Shown piece by piece: positions 61,864 through 64,000 of a stretch of DNA of 64,000 nt. Below the pieces are notes generated by a model. That model ran no database searches and was not told where the DNA came from. It saw only the letters and a list, made by a program, of their open reading frames with translations. The stretch is from positions 46,500,001 through 46,564,000 of the forward strand of contig NC_043010.1 of the NCBI RefSeq assembly GCF_006345805.1, read 5' to 3'. Origin of the DNA: Octopus sinensis (lineage: Eukaryota). The translations under genes were made by a program, and so were the position numbers. The stretch's first letter is position 1. Every line of letters begins with the position of its first letter.

Positions 61864-63911
61864 GTATGTTTCTAGGAGTTTTATATTTCTATGTTCCTGG
61901 TTTCTACACTTGTTACCAAGCACTATTCTCTTTGGTTTCTATTTTTGATTTACCATCTTCCTCACTCACTCATTTCTCTAAATGATTGAATAGTATTTCA
62001 GCTTGTAAGTAATACAGGTTTACTATTATTTGCTAAAAGATATACTAAAGTTATGTGTGGTGTTCTTAATTTGAAGTTGTATTCACATATTGTATAAGTA
62101 TACAGAAACTGTATCACTCAAATATTTTAAATGATATTTTTTGCTTCCAGCTAATGTGTTAAACAATCAGCTCTTTGATACCAAAGCTGCATATGCTTAC
62201 TTCTAGGTTACATAGAAATTTATGATTTATTCACTAATCCTCTTCCTCTGTTATCAACATTAACATTTTAACATCTGGTATGGGTCAGCTAGGTCTGTAT
62301 GATAGCCTGTGTCCCCATTTTGTCTTCATCCTGTTCTTCTATCTCCTCTCTGTTTGGTAATTTAAAAATAGCTAAATTACTTGAAACAAGAGCTGAAGTT
62401 TCATAACCTCCCAGTATGTTGTTACAAAAGTCCTAGAATATACACAGTAAATCTTGTATTTAGATTTTTAACTATAACATTTCATTACTGTTATGTATAT
62501 TATCAAAGCCAAATAATACTTCTGATATACTAGCAGAACCCATAGAAAGTCAATGCTTTATATATTTCCTTATTTCTACTTTGATGCAAAAATTCATAGC
62601 TCATCATAACATTATTTCATTCCGTATTTAATCTTGTTTTAAGTATAGACTCAAAACTTGCTTCTCTATGTTAAATATTTCGTCTTTGATTTCATTCCAA
62701 AATTAAGGCTGCTAAAACACGTGACACTAAAATTTTTTAAGCTTCTTATGTTAATTATTTCAATTAAGTTTTTTTGTTTTTTATAAATTCATAGTTAAGG
62801 TTGTTTAAAGCATAATACAAACGTGTTGCATCATGTTACAGATTTTGATTGTCTTCAATTTATTACATAGTTATTAAGATTGCTAAAAGTGTAACACTCA
62901 AACACATTTAGTGACAAGCATAATATTATGGATAAGGCTGCATGAATATCAATACATATACACACAAGCCAAATTTGTACGTGCACACACACACACAATT
63001 ATATATAATAGATAGTTAAATAACATAATTCTCAAAGAAAGGCATACATTTTGAAGGTGATTGCCAGCTAGCTAAAATGAGATTAATACTGAAACACAGA
63101 CCACCTTTTACTAGTTAAACTGTAGGGTTGAAGAGCAGCCTCTGTGATCATTTGACATGCTGGAAGTAGTTGCCAAATCTTCTTCAAATCATATTCCACT
63201 CTCTTCAAAGAAAAAAGACTCAGTGGATATTGTAGTCTTTGCTATATTCTGTCTATATATAAATGATAGGATGGTTGTGACTGGGATGCTTTTACTCGTA
63301 AGTTATCTTGATTGGGTTAACTTGTGGCTAAACAAAAACAATTGATCATCTTTTATAAAATTTACCCTGAGGTTGTATTTTTCATACTGCCAGACCTTCT
63401 AGTACACTGCTGTGAATTTTGTCTGAGAAGAACAGACCCTTTTTTTTTTTATACCCTTATCACCTTTTCACCACAGTGCCAAACAGATAAAAACTGCCTC
63501 ACTATCTTTGAAACAATAATATAGATAATGACAGTGATGATGATGATGATATTTAGATATATTGATTTCAGATGTTAGCGCAAGGCCAGCAATTGGGGGG
63601 GTAAGTCGGTGACATCACCCCCAGTGCTCAACTGATACTTATTTTATTGATCCCAAAAGGATGAAAGGCAGAATTTGAACTCAGAATGTAAAGACAGATG
63701 AAATTCTGCCAGTTGATCTTAGATATTACTCGTGTTGAAAGCATTTTTTTTTTCTATTTTTTCATAATGTCATATATCTTAAAATTGTCACTTGTATTTT
63801 AATAAATTTCTTCAAAACCGTTTTTTTTTTTATACGACGCACATTGCCTTCCTTTATAACTATTTTGTGTTAAGTTCCTGGAATACACTGGATAAGCTCA
63901 GTTGACTATTT

Positions 63912-64000
63912 CCTTATTTCTTTACTGCCCACAAGGGGCTACACACAGAGGGGACAAACAAGGACAGGCAAACAGATTAAGTCGATTACATCGACCCCAG
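63912..64000 (-). mobile_element. SINE A1 3' part, cut by the window edge
   Basis: A1 tail and start of core. Confidence 0.8.

Overview
AT-rich, repeat-dense eukaryotic genomic DNA, most likely from an octopus. That assignment is inferred from tRNA-derived CORE-type SINEs resembling the published octopus OR/OK SINE families and from the very dense microsatellites. One exon is confidently identified: 43765-44307 (+), encoding the linker and N-terminal part of the second NHR domain of the E3 ligase Neuralized. A second coding exon of unknown identity lies at ~61217/61252-61863 (+). I could not find the Neuralized NHR1, NHR2 C-terminal or RING exons, so most of the window is probably very long intron. 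It is filled with at least four SINE families, LINE remnants (RTE, RTE-BovB, CR1/L2-group, R4/Dong-like), non-autonomous Helitrons, piggyBac- and hAT-type MITEs, Penelope-like (PLE) fragments and many fold-back elements. The most notable observations are: (1) a 350-bp fold-back at 17209-17558 carrying a complete type I hammerhead ribozyme motif in each arm; (2) several other (TA)n-embedded PLE remnants with degenerate hammerheads, one just upstream of the neur exon; (3) SINE tails that match LINE 3' ends present in the same window; (4) a phase-compatible orphan exon; (5) candidate recursive splice sites. Everything was read by eye, so repeat boundaries are approximate (about +/-10 bp unless stated) and family names are inferences.
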